A DNA stretch of 64,000 bases, from positions 1-64,000 of IMG/VR virus record IMGVR_UViG_3300031999_000009, one strand, 5' to 3'. Position numbers and translations under genes: made by a program. Shown here in pieces: positions 54,764 to 63,497 of the stretch; the first letter of the stretch is position 1; every line of letters starts with the position of its first letter. The notes below the pieces were generated by a model. The model was given only the letters and a program-made list of their open reading frames with translations. It did not search any database and was not told the origin of the DNA. Source of the stretch: a virus.

Positions 54764-55908
54764 CCTGGGAGTTTGCGTCGAAGTCTAGCAGTGCTGTTCA
54801 CACCGTGACGCTCCACCCCTCTGGCGAACTCGTGTGCACGTGCAGCGGCTGGCGTTTCAAGAAGCCTGGCAAGCCACGTGAGTGCACGCACATGACGGGG
54901 CTCATCAAAAAGAATTCGTGGTCACGGGACGTGAAGGGCGACCTCGTGATCATCAAAGAATCCGTCGAAAATAGTCCGAATTCGGTCGTGCCTCTCTTGA
55001 CTCCGCCTGTCGATGATAGTATCATTGTTCTTGTAGGAGGGACACCAACAATGAACACAACGATGACCACCCCCACTCAGACGGCCCCGGACGCGCAGCT
55101 TGCGGTGGGCATGACCACCCCGGTGAGCGGTGCGGCGTTCAACGAAAAATATGGCGACGGCACCTGGTCGATGGACGAGAAGCTCGACGGCCACCGGTGC
55201 TTGGTCGTGAAGCGCGGCGAGGACATCAAGTGCTGGTCACGCGGCGGCGCCGGTCGTGCCAGCCTCGAAAAGAAAGTGACCCCAGCCATCCTGTCCGCCA
55301 TCGCGCAGATGCCCGACGGCATCTACGACGGCGAGCTGATGATTCCCGGCGGCAACTCATGGAACGTGGTGGACCTGGCCAGGCAGCACGAGCTGGTGGT
55401 CATCCTGTTCGACGTGCAGGAGATTCTGGGCCAGAACGTGTGCAAGGAACCACAGTCCATGCGGCGCGACCTGCTCGCGCAGGCGGTGGCGCACGTGAAG
55501 ACGGACGCGGTGCGGTTGGTGGCCAGCTTCACGCCGGAGTGGGCGGTCATCGAAAAGATTTGGGCCGAGGGTGGCGAGGGCGTCATCGTCAAAAAGAATT
55601 CTGCCCCCTACCGCCCCGGCTACCGGTCGGATGCGTGGGTCAAGGTGAAGCAGCTGATGTCGGTGGTCGGCGTCATTACCGGGTTCAAGGCTGGCTCGTT
55701 CGGTCCCCACTCAGTAACCTGCGTGACCCTGGACAGCGGCGTCAAAACCCAGGTCAAGACACTGGACACCGTGACGCTGGCGGCGATCGAAAAAAATCCC
55801 GAATCTTTCCTCGGCCACCGACTGGTGATTCAGTGCCAGCAGGTGGTGGCGTCGAGCGGCTGCCCGCGTCATCCGATGTGGGACCACATGGCGGGAGACA
55901 CGGAATGA
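54760..55908 (+). CDS. SWIM finger plus ATP-dependent DNA ligase; internal start at 55051
   Basis: CTCSGW..CTH; EKLDGHR, YDGEL, LFDV, EGVIVK, WVKVK. Confidence 0.88.
   Translation: MTWEFASKSSSAVHTVTLHPSGELVCTCSGWRFKKPGKPRECTHMTGLIKKNSWSRDVKGDLVIIKESVENSPNSVVPLLTPPVDDSIIVLVGGTPTMNTTMTTPTQTAPDAQLAVGMTTPVSGAAFNEKYGDGTWSMDEKLDGHRCLVVKRGEDIKCWSRGGAGRASLEKKVTPAILSAIAQMPDGIYDGELMIPGGNSWNVVDLARQHELVVILFDVQEILGQNVCKEPQSMRRDLLAQAVAHVKTDAVRLVASFTPEWAVIEKIWAEGGEGVIVKKNSAPYRPGYRSDAWVKVKQLMSVVGVITGFKAGSFGPHSVTCVTLDSGVKTQVKTLDTVTLAAIEKNPESFLGHRLVIQCQQVVASSGCPRHPMWDHMAGDTE
54997..55025 (+). promoter_or_regulatory. Early promoter copy 4, inside an ORF
   Basis: TTGACT-17 bp-TATCAT, then AGGAGG and ATG at 55051. 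Confidence 0.85.
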
Positions 55909-56222
55909 AAAATAAATTCCGCGCACTGCTCGCCCACTTGCGGCATCGCCTGTTTCACGGTGAGCACCATCACCTGCAGGAGCACGGCGACCGCGAAATA
56001 TTTCTTCGATGCTCACTGTGTGGGCTTCGATCGCCAGGCGTGCTCCTGGGGCCAGGGCCTCGTCCGGCGCTGGCTGGCGACCCCGTCCGTGCCAAGGCTC
56101 TTGTCGCCTCTGTCTCGCGCATCGTGCCACCGCTCGTGGCCGCGCCAGTGACAGCAGACGAGATTCGGTGGTTGGTCCACGAAGACGAAGACGACTTTCC
56201 TTCGATGCGACAGGTTCATTAG
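55905..56222 (+). CDS. Hypothetical protein with His-rich/CxxC motif
   Basis: ATGA-coupled. Confidence 0.6.
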   Translation: MKNKFRALLAHLRHRLFHGEHHHLQEHGDREIFLRCSLCGLRSPGVLLGPGPRPALAGDPVRAKALVASVSRIVPPLVAAPVTADEIRWLVHEDEDDFPSMRQVH

Positions 56223-56231
56223 GAGACGACG

Positions 56232-56690
56232 ATGAAGGTATCAGAGGTCGGCTTGCTCGACGAATGCTTCACGCACATCGCGGAAGACGGAAAGCAGACC
56301 AGCTACGCGGTCACCAAGCTGGTTGAGTATCTGGCCGCCCACAATTGGGAGAAGGTGGTGGTGCCCGTCGAGGAGTTCCACGCGGCCTACTGTGTCAACA
56401 ACCGCGGTGTCGAGCCTGACCGCATCGCTCGCCTGCTTCAGTGCGTGCCGGCGTTGGTGCGGCCGATCGTGTTCATCCACATGCCGGACAACTCGCACCT
56501 GTTGGTGGATGGCACGCACCGCTACGTGGCGCTCTTCGGGCTGAATCGAACGGAAATCTTCGCGCACATGGTGCCGTGGGACATCGCTAAGGACTTCATC
56601 CTCGAGGACATTCCCAACACGACACCCGAGCGGTTGATGCAGCACTCGCACCTCTCGCAACTTCGCGAGCTTCTCGGGATCGATCGGTAG
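56232..56690 (+). CDS. ParB/Srx-like domain protein
   Basis: PIVFI.....LLVDGTHRY. Confidence 0.75.
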   Translation: MKVSEVGLLDECFTHIAEDGKQTSYAVTKLVEYLAAHNWEKVVVPVEEFHAAYCVNNRGVEPDRIARLLQCVPALVRPIVFIHMPDNSHLLVDGTHRYVALFGLNRTEIFAHMVPWDIAKDFILEDIPNTTPERLMQHSHLSQLRELLGIDR

Positions 56691-56841
56691 ATGCCCACGC
56701 TGGTCATCACGATGGCAAATGGGTCCGTCCAGCGGCACAAGGGATGGACGCTGGAAATGGCCGAGCGGCTCAAGGCATCCTGGGCGCAGATCACCCCTCC
56801 ACCGGTCTTCACGATCGCGTGGGAGGACATAGGAGACGACG

Positions 56842-57147
56842 ATGGCGGTTACAAAAGCGGCAAAGCTCGACGACCTCAATCTCGGTGATTTCGTCTATGA
56901 CATGCACGACGGTTTGCGCCCGTTGCGCGAGCGCTTCGGCATCATCTCCATGGTGCAGTGGCACCACTCCAGCGAAAACGTCCAGCCGTTCGTCGGGCCC
57001 AAAGGGTGGAAGTTTCCGAACAAGGAGCTGCGCGTGATCGGCTTCACGGATGAAGGCCACGCCGTGTGTGGCTTCACCTACGACGGTATCCGCAGCGGCA
57101 TTCTGGTGCTGTCGGACTTGGTCACTGGCCCAGACCCGAGGGATTGA
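56842..57147 (+). CDS. Hypothetical protein
   Basis: AGGAG RBS. Confidence 0.65.
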   Translation: MAVTKAAKLDDLNLGDFVYDMHDGLRPLRERFGIISMVQWHHSSENVQPFVGPKGWKFPNKELRVIGFTDEGHAVCGFTYDGIRSGILVLSDLVTGPDPRD

Positions 57148-57259
57148 GCATGTCAAGGTTCGTGGGAGTTGTGATCGGTGCGTGTTTCGTCGTGGGCTGC
57201 CTCGCGCTGGCGATCGCCTTCGCCGCGTGGTCCGTCCATCTGGCGTGGAGCCAATTTCA

Positions 57260-57565
57260 ATGACCTTCCAGGTCTGGCATCGTCGCCTTCCCACGTTCAT
57301 GGAGAGCCGGCCGGAGGAACTTGTCGCCTTCCCGCAAGGGTGGCAGCACGTTGCTGACGTGGACGTGGACGCATTGAACCAGGTCTTCGAGCGGACCAAT
57401 AGCATCGACGCGCTGTGGACCGACAACCTGGAAGTGACGCTCCGCGTGGCTCCACCGCTTCGGTCGACGTCAGTCGGGGACGTGATCGTCGCGCCCAATG
57501 CGGTCGGCCTGAACGGACAGCCTGCCAGGCTTGAAATCGCGATGCTCGGTTACAAGGAGTTCTGA
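57260..57565 (+). CDS. YodL-like protein
   Basis: L..VFERTN...RSTSVGDVIV. Confidence 0.65.
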   Translation: MTFQVWHRRLPTFMESRPEELVAFPQGWQHVADVDVDALNQVFERTNSIDALWTDNLEVTLRVAPPLRSTSVGDVIVAPNAVGLNGQPARLEIAMLGYKEF

Positions 57566-57566
57566 G

Positions 57567-58484
57567 ATGGTCAAGAACAGGAAGCGGGCCTACGCCGGCG
57601 TGCTGGACATTCCCGAGGGCGAGCAGAACGGCATCCGGATTCGCCACAAGCATCAACCGCCTGGCACTACGCTCCAGTCAGGCAACTTCCGCACGGCGTT
57701 GTTCGGCCAGAAATCGGAGAGCGTCACGTTCAAGGCCGCGACTATCTGGCACGAGCTGTCCGAGAAGGGCCAGGGCGTGTGGATGACGGACCTCCCGATC
57801 GAGCAGCGCCAGATGGACGAGCTCATCACCAAGGCCCGCGGACGGGTGCTGGTGGGCGGGCTTGGGCTGGGTTACGCGGTGGTGGCGTTGTCGGCGATGC
57901 GCTCTGTTGAGGAAATCGTCGTGGTCGAGCGCAACCCTGACATCGTGGCGCTCGTGTGGGCGGCGACGGTCGCCAAGTGCCGCAAGGGCGTCCCCGTTTC
58001 CGTGGTGACCGAAGACTTGTTCGACTACTTGCTGTGGGCGACAGCCAAGCAGGAGAGGTTCGATTGGGGCCTCTTCGACATCTGGCAGGGCGACGGTGAA
58101 ACGACCTTTCACCAGACCGTCGTGCCGCTGCGCGCCGCCGCCGCGCGTGTCGTTCGCGAGCTGGAGTGCTGGAACGAAGACGTCATGCGCGGCCAGCTGA
58201 TGATGGGCCTCCGGACGCGCCTGATGTTCCTGGGCGCAGCGGAAACGGCGAGTGTCGTGGGGTCTGATCTGACGAAGGGCATGCCGACCCTCGAGTTCCT
58301 GTGCGAGCCGCACCAATCCATCTACACCGACTGGTCGGTGGCGTTCTGGCGCTGGTATCGCGAAAACGCTGGTGCCGCCAACATCGACGTGATGCTGGCA
58401 CTTTACGCGTCCAGCTACGGTCGCCCAGAACGGGCAGCAACGCTAGCGCGATTCGAGGCACGCCATGAGCTTCAAGCTCGGTGA
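57567..58484 (+). CDS. Class I SAM-dependent methyltransferase (spermidine-synthase-like fold)
   Basis: VWMTD.P.E, GRVLVGGLGLG, VVVERNPD, FD...FDIW. Confidence 0.8.
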   Translation: MVKNRKRAYAGVLDIPEGEQNGIRIRHKHQPPGTTLQSGNFRTALFGQKSESVTFKAATIWHELSEKGQGVWMTDLPIEQRQMDELITKARGRVLVGGLGLGYAVVALSAMRSVEEIVVVERNPDIVALVWAATVAKCRKGVPVSVVTEDLFDYLLWATAKQERFDWGLFDIWQGDGETTFHQTVVPLRAAAARVVRELECWNEDVMRGQLMMGLRTRLMFLGAAETASVVGSDLTKGMPTLEFLCEPHQSIYTDWSVAFWRWYRENAGAANIDVMLALYASSYGRPERAATLARFEARHELQAR

Positions 58485-58674
58485 GTTGCTCGGATCGGAA
58501 GAGATTCACGTGCGCCTGGAGTGTGCGACTGGGAAGGCTCCCTTCGATAGTCGACAGGACGCCAACCGCGCCCTCAAGCGATTGCCTCGGTCTGGGCCCA
58601 CGCGGATGACGGTGTTCCGATGCGGCTATTGCGAGAAGTATCACCTCGGCCACCGTCGAGGAGCAGTTCTGTGA
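58465..58674 (+). CDS. Small zinc-finger protein
   Basis: C.TGK..F...FRCGYCEKYHL. Confidence 0.65.
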   Translation: MSFKLGELLGSEEIHVRLECATGKAPFDSRQDANRALKRLPRSGPTRMTVFRCGYCEKYHLGHRRGAVL

Positions 58675-58950
58675 GTAAACGATGCCCACGATGCGAGTCG
58701 CCGGACCCGGCACGGCATCCCGCCATGCAGTTCGAGGGGGAAGTGCAAATCTGTGAGCACCCTTGGCACGGCATACCAATCGACACGAGCACGAAGCGAT
58801 TGGGAGCCCAGGCCAGAGCGGCCGAGGAGGGGAAGTGAGGGGACCAACTCCTCGGCGTCTTGGGCGCCACAATCCCCGGCGCACGATACTGTTGCGACAT
58901 CGACTCACGACATCCCTGTGGGGTCTTGGCCGCGAGCGAGGAGGAGAACG

Positions 58951-59385
58951 ATGAGTGCCAAGAGAAAGGTTCAGATTCCGTCCATTGGCGACCTGTTGGT
59001 GCTCGCCGCACCGTGGCAATTCCACGTGGTGAATGAGCATCGGAACGCCACGCTTGTCGCTCACATGGGGAAAACAGTGCCAGGCCGGTCCTATTACCCG
59101 CTGGGCGTCACCCAAGCCGCGTCATGGCACCCGTTGCCTTCGACGCTCTGGTGCACGATCCCCTCCGGCGCCGTGCTCCGCGTCTCGCGTATCTACATCC
59201 GCGCTGGTGCGGCCGCCTACGACTCAGTGACGTTCTGGTGGAAGCCATCGCCGAAGGCGAAATCGGTTCGATTCTTCGCTCGACTGCCAGATGTGAACAA
59301 GATGTCGGTGCGCTCTGATGCCTGGACCGCCCGAGACGAGGCCGACCCGGTCCTTGGTGCCCGAGCGATCGAATTGGAGGAGTGA
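58951..59385 (+). CDS. Hypothetical protein
   Basis: GAGGAG RBS; RIYIR.GA..YDSVTF. Confidence 0.7.
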   Translation: MSAKRKVQIPSIGDLLVLAAPWQFHVVNEHRNATLVAHMGKTVPGRSYYPLGVTQAASWHPLPSTLWCTIPSGAVLRVSRIYIRAGAAAYDSVTFWWKPSPKAKSVRFFARLPDVNKMSVRSDAWTARDEADPVLGARAIELEE

Positions 59386-59567
59386 TGACATGCGTGAACT
59401 GCGGTAAGAATGAGGCGCCGCTGGTGATTTGCGACCAGTGCCGCCAGTCCTATCCCGGCGACCCGCAGGTGCTCGAAATGATGGTGCACGCGTTCCAGCT
59501 GTATCGCGTGCCTGTCCTTGAGGCGTCCCCGGCTCCGTCGTGGCCGAAGAAGGTCGATCCGCAATGA
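59382..59567 (+). CDS. Small zinc-ribbon protein
   Basis: CVNC...CDQC. Confidence 0.55.
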   Translation: MMTCVNCGKNEAPLVICDQCRQSYPGDPQVLEMMVHAFQLYRVPVLEASPAPSWPKKVDPQ

Positions 59568-59754
59568 GCTTCATTCGCGTGCTCTGGGCACAGCGCGGCG
59601 GCCACATCCATTGTCGCGTGTTCGTTTCGAAGACGGAGGACGGCCCAGGCCATGCGTCCGGCAATCTCGTGTTCGACGTAGACGAGTGGCCCTGGGTGGC
59701 CCGCCGACTTGCGTATGTGGCTGGGATGGTTGTCGTTCACGAAGGAGACAACAC

Positions 59755-60987
59755 GTGAGCTTCGTCCTGCGCGACTACCAAGAAAACGCCGTATCGCGAG
59801 GCGTGCAATTCTTGAAGTCTGGCACTGGCGGCGGCTTGGTCGTGCTGCCGACCGGTGCTGGCAAGTCGTTGGTCATCGCCGGCATCGCCAGTCGCCTGGA
59901 TGGTCCGTGCCTGATTTTCCAGCCGTCGCGCGAAATCCTCCAGCAGAACGCAACGAAGTTGCTGGCGTATGGCTACGAGCCGTCCGTCTACTCCGCGTCG
60001 ATGGGCGTGAAGGAGGTTGGCCACATTACGCTGGCGACCATCGGAAGCGTGAAGGCGCGACCGGACTTGTTCGACGCCTTCCCCTACATCATGGTGGATG
60101 AGGCCCACCTGGTGAATGCCAAGTCCGGCATGTATCAGGAGTTCATCGAGTCCATGGGCGACGTGCGCGTCCTGGGGTTGACGGCAACGCCGTTCCGACT
60201 GTCGACCGATGGCTACGGTGGTTCGCAGTTGAAGTTTCTGACACGCACCAGGCCGCGCTTCTTTCACACGGTCGTGGCCTATGCCCAAATCCCAGACCTG
60301 ATCCAGCGCGGCTATCTGTTCAAGCCGGAATACCAGGCCGTGACTGGCTTCACGGCCTCGGCTTTGAAGCTGAACACGACAGGCGCGGACTACACGGACG
60401 ATTCCGTGAAGCGCCATTTCAACCAGATCGGCTTCGCTGACCGCCTGCGCCGCATCGTCCTGCGTCTCTTGGAAGTGGGGCGCCGGAATGTGCTGGTCTT
60501 CACGCGGTTCGTAGATGAGGCCGAAGCGCTGGCGCGCACCGTGCCTGGCACGGCCGTCGTGACGGCAGCTACGAAGTCGCACGAGCGCGAGCAAATCATC
60601 GCAGACTTCAGGTCTGGCGTGATCAAGGTGGTGGCGAACGTCGGCGTGCTGGGCTTGGGCTTCGACTTCCCTGAGCTGGAGACGGTGGTGCTGGCCAGGC
60701 CGACCGTTTCGCTGGCGCTCTACTATCAGCAGGTCGGGCGCCTGCTGCGACCACACCCCGCGAAGACGTCCGCGTGGGTGGTGGACATGGTTGATCAGGT
60801 CCGTCAGTTTGGGCCGATCGAAAACTTGTGGCTTCAACCAGGCGGACCCAGTGGGATGCTCTGGGAGATGGTGACGCGCACGGATGGCGTGACGAAGCCG
60901 TTGACGAACACGTATTTCGGTGGCGATCCGACGGGACGACGAAAGAAGTGGGATCGCAAGCGGAAGTGGGGAACCAATGGACGTTGA
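59755..60987 (+). CDS. SF2 DEAH-box helicase (RadD/YejH-like)
   Basis: LRDYQ, PTGAGKS, VDEAH, GLTATP, GFDFP, QQVGR.LR. Confidence 0.93.
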   Translation: MSFVLRDYQENAVSRGVQFLKSGTGGGLVVLPTGAGKSLVIAGIASRLDGPCLIFQPSREILQQNATKLLAYGYEPSVYSASMGVKEVGHITLATIGSVKARPDLFDAFPYIMVDEAHLVNAKSGMYQEFIESMGDVRVLGLTATPFRLSTDGYGGSQLKFLTRTRPRFFHTVVAYAQIPDLIQRGYLFKPEYQAVTGFTASALKLNTTGADYTDDSVKRHFNQIGFADRLRRIVLRLLEVGRRNVLVFTRFVDEAEALARTVPGTAVVTAATKSHEREQIIADFRSGVIKVVANVGVLGLGFDFPELETVVLARPTVSLALYYQQVGRLLRPHPAKTSAWVVDMVDQVRQFGPIENLWLQPGGPSGMLWEMVTRTDGVTKPLTNTYFGGDPTGRRKKWDRKRKWGTNGR

Positions 60988-61213
60988 GCAGGCAGATTCG
61001 TCGCATGAGAAATGGGCAGACACAGCCGAATTGGTGGCCGAGAACCCGGCCGCGGCCACCGCGAAGTCGTTGCGGTTGGCGTTGGCGTATCTGTCGTATC
61101 GGCGGGCGGCGCTCATCTTGAACGCGCGCCGCAAGAAGCGAGAGCCCTCCGAAAAGAAGTTGGCAGCGATCGACGCGCGGTTGCAGCACTACGCCGAATT
61201 GCTTCAGAAATAG
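60977..61213 (+). CDS. Hypothetical protein
   Basis: Overlaps the helicase end; helical. Confidence 0.55.
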   Translation: MDVEQADSSHEKWADTAELVAENPAAATAKSLRLALAYLSYRRAALILNARRKKREPSEKKLAAIDARLQHYAELLQK

Positions 61214-61237
61214 TCAAAGAATTCGGAGACGAAGGTG

Positions 61238-61266
61238 TTGACTCCTGCGCCCTTTGATAGTATCAT
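61238..61266 (+). promoter_or_regulatory. Early promoter copy 5
   Basis: TTGACT-17 bp-TATCAT. Confidence 0.85.
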
Positions 61267-61272
61267 TATTCT

Positions 61273-61682
61273 TGTAAGGAGGGGTGGGCGGCCGGAGGGG
61301 CTGTCACCGCGCCGGGTCAGAAGAGGGCCCGAACGCTCACCCACTTTGACAACTGAATCAGTCCAACGTGACCGGGCCCGAGTGGGTCGGGTTGCAGGAG
61401 ACGGCCGACATATCCGGTAGGGACGCCAGCGCCGGACACACTAAGGCCGGGAGACATCTCCCCTGTAGGAACGCTGAAGTTACGTTGGACTGATTGGGTT
61501 GTCGGGGACACACGCCGGCGCGCGCAAGGGCAAGCGATTCCGCACGGACAAGCACTTCCGGGCGTTGCCCGATACGAAGGCGCCCTGTATCGGGAAAGGC
61601 GACGGCGGCCTTGACGACCCGCACTCTGCGTCGGATGTTAGGTTCAAGTAATTGGACCCATGCACGAAAGGTCCGACGCGCA
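61273..61682 (+). ncRNA. Large structured ncRNA or leader of unknown class
   Basis: No credible ORF; stem of about 25 bp at 61345-61372/61479-61506 and several other helices. Confidence 0.65.
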
Positions 61683-61693
61683 CTTTGGAGGCG

Positions 61694-62071
61694 ATGATGA
61701 CGACTCAGTTCACGCTCATTCAGTTCACGCTCCTCACCAAGCAACGCCGCCGTATCGTCCGCCAGGAACCGTGCTGGCTGGCGACGGCGTCGTTCGCTGA
61801 CGGGCCAGGGATGAAGGTCAAGAAGATGACCACCACGCGAGATATCCAGAAGGCGGCTCGCTTCAGTCTCGTGACTGCGCACAACATCGCGGTCCAGTTC
61901 TCACACCTGCCGGCATCGCTGGTTCGACCGGACGGGTCGGTCCTCGAGGCCGAGTCGTCTGCGGTGCAGGCGGAACAGCGTCGGCGACACGACGAGCACC
62001 ACCGCCTGAAGCGGGACATGAACCGAGACTTGAACGCCCTGTTCGAGTCGGCTGCGGAGATGCTGCGATGA
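61694..62071 (+). CDS. Hypothetical protein
   Basis: GGAGG RBS. Confidence 0.65.
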   Translation: MMTTQFTLIQFTLLTKQRRRIVRQEPCWLATASFADGPGMKVKKMTTTRDIQKAARFSLVTAHNIAVQFSHLPASLVRPDGSVLEAESSAVQAEQRRRHDEHHRLKRDMNRDLNALFESAAEMLR

Positions 62072-62220
62072 GCAAGACCAGCGACTGGGCCATCCGCGTG
62101 CTGAACGAGGAGCCGCCCTTGAACAAATACGAGCGCGTGGTGCGCTACGACGCGTCGATGCTCAGGATGCAACGCATCTGGGCCTACCTTCTGAAAAGAA
62201 AGATGAGGCTCTACCGATGA
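62068..62220 (+). CDS. Small hypothetical protein
   Basis: ATGA-coupled at both ends. Confidence 0.5.
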   Translation: MSKTSDWAIRVLNEEPPLNKYERVVRYDASMLRMQRIWAYLLKRKMRLYR

Positions 62221-62543
62221 AGCGCACACGCGCCAGTCTGCAGTTGGCCGAACTTCGGAAGCTGCGTGAGATTGCCCACGAGTGCCTCGAAGGTCGCGCC
62301 TGCCCATTCTGCGGCGAGCCGCTGCTGACGACCACCAACATCTACGCACCTGGTGACGGGATGGCGTCCCCCATCAATGCGGACCTCACACTGCATCACC
62401 GCGACGGCAACCACGCGAACAACGCGAAGACGAACCGCGTGTGGGCACACCGGCGTTGCCACAAGTCGTTCCACATGACCGAGCGCCATTTGGCCCGAAA
62501 GAAAGCATCGAATTTAGGCAAAGAATTAGCCCACACAGCTTGA
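62217..62543 (+). CDS. HNH endonuclease
   Basis: CPFC...LHHRDGNHANN...N...HRRCH. Confidence 0.85.
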   Translation: MKRTRASLQLAELRKLREIAHECLEGRACPFCGEPLLTTTNIYAPGDGMASPINADLTLHHRDGNHANNAKTNRVWAHRRCHKSFHMTERHLARKKASNLGKELAHTA

Positions 62544-62568
62544 CTCGCTGCCGGATTGATAGTATCAT
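62540..62568 (+). promoter_or_regulatory. Early promoter copy 6
   Basis: TTGACT-17 bp-TATCAT. Confidence 0.85.
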
Positions 62569-62630
62569 CGTTTGGTAAGGTGATGACGACCACTTCGGCA
62601 ACCACGGTGACTACGAAGGAGACGACGACA

Positions 62631-63431
62631 ATGGCCATGCGCTCAATCCTCAACTTGAACATCAGCCTCGGAATGTTCGGCTTCCCGGTCAAGGTTTACA
62701 AGGCAGTGAACGACCCCGCGGAGGGCATCTCGTTCCGCCAGGTGCACGCAGCGTGCGGCACCCCGATCAACCAGGTGAAGCGCTGCTCCTGCTGCAACGT
62801 CGACGTGACGCAGGCGGAGCTGGTCAAGGGCTACGAGCAGCCCGGTGGCCCGATGCTGATCTTCCAAGAGGACGAGATCAAGGCCCTCAAGCCCGAGGCG
62901 ATGGGCACGGTCAAGGTCGACGGCTACCTCGCCGCTGACGAAATCGACCCCTGTTACCAGGACGGCCCCATCTACTACTTGTCACCTGACCGCGGCACCA
63001 ACAAGAAGGGCGACTGCGACACGTTCACCACCTGGCGCGACGCGCTGGCTGGCCGGTGGGCCATCGGCAAGGTCGTCATGTATGGCCGCGAGCACGTGGT
63101 GGCGATTCGCAGCGTCGACCGCCTCTTGGCGATGCACTTCATTCGGACCCACTCGGAGATTCGCAACGTGTTCGACGTGCCGGCCTACGACACGGTGCCG
63201 GAGACGAGCAAGAGCGAATACGCCGAGCTGATGGGCCAGCTCATTCGCAAGTCCACCATCGCGTTCGACGACGTGGTGCTGGAGTCTGACGCCTACACGG
63301 ACTCGGTGAAGGCGCTGATCGAGTCGCGCAAGGCAGGCCAGCCCGCTCCGGCGCAGGCTGAGTTCAAGCCCGCGTCCACCGGTGGCGACCTGCTCGCGAT
63401 GCTGAAGGCGTCATTGGCGGCTCAGGCGTGA
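62631..63431 (+). CDS. ku: Ku DNA end-binding protein
   Basis: ISLG...PVKVYKA, ISFRQVH, LVKGYE, YYLSP, GREH.V, DLLAMLKASL. Confidence 0.92.
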   Translation: MAMRSILNLNISLGMFGFPVKVYKAVNDPAEGISFRQVHAACGTPINQVKRCSCCNVDVTQAELVKGYEQPGGPMLIFQEDEIKALKPEAMGTVKVDGYLAADEIDPCYQDGPIYYLSPDRGTNKKGDCDTFTTWRDALAGRWAIGKVVMYGREHVVAIRSVDRLLAMHFIRTHSEIRNVFDVPAYDTVPETSKSEYAELMGQLIRKSTIAFDDVVLESDAYTDSVKALIESRKAGQPAPAQAEFKPASTGGDLLAMLKASLAAQA

Positions 63432-63497
63432 TCAAGATGGTAAACCCGCAACTGGGAGCAGGTGCGCCCTGTTCCCCTCTCTCTCTGGAGGAGGACC

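Noticed and set aside
32071-56693. In-frame TAG-ATG junctions (32071, 39888, 47580, 56688) suggesting amber recoding
   Set aside because: TAG ends clearly complete proteins (SSB DDDIPF, paralog ending PGKRVR), long genes have no internal TAG, and there is no CUA tRNA. Translational coupling explains the junctions.
48278-62568. Dispersed repeats as a CRISPR array
   Set aside because: Copies are kilobases apart and have -35/-10 promoter geometry; no cas genes.
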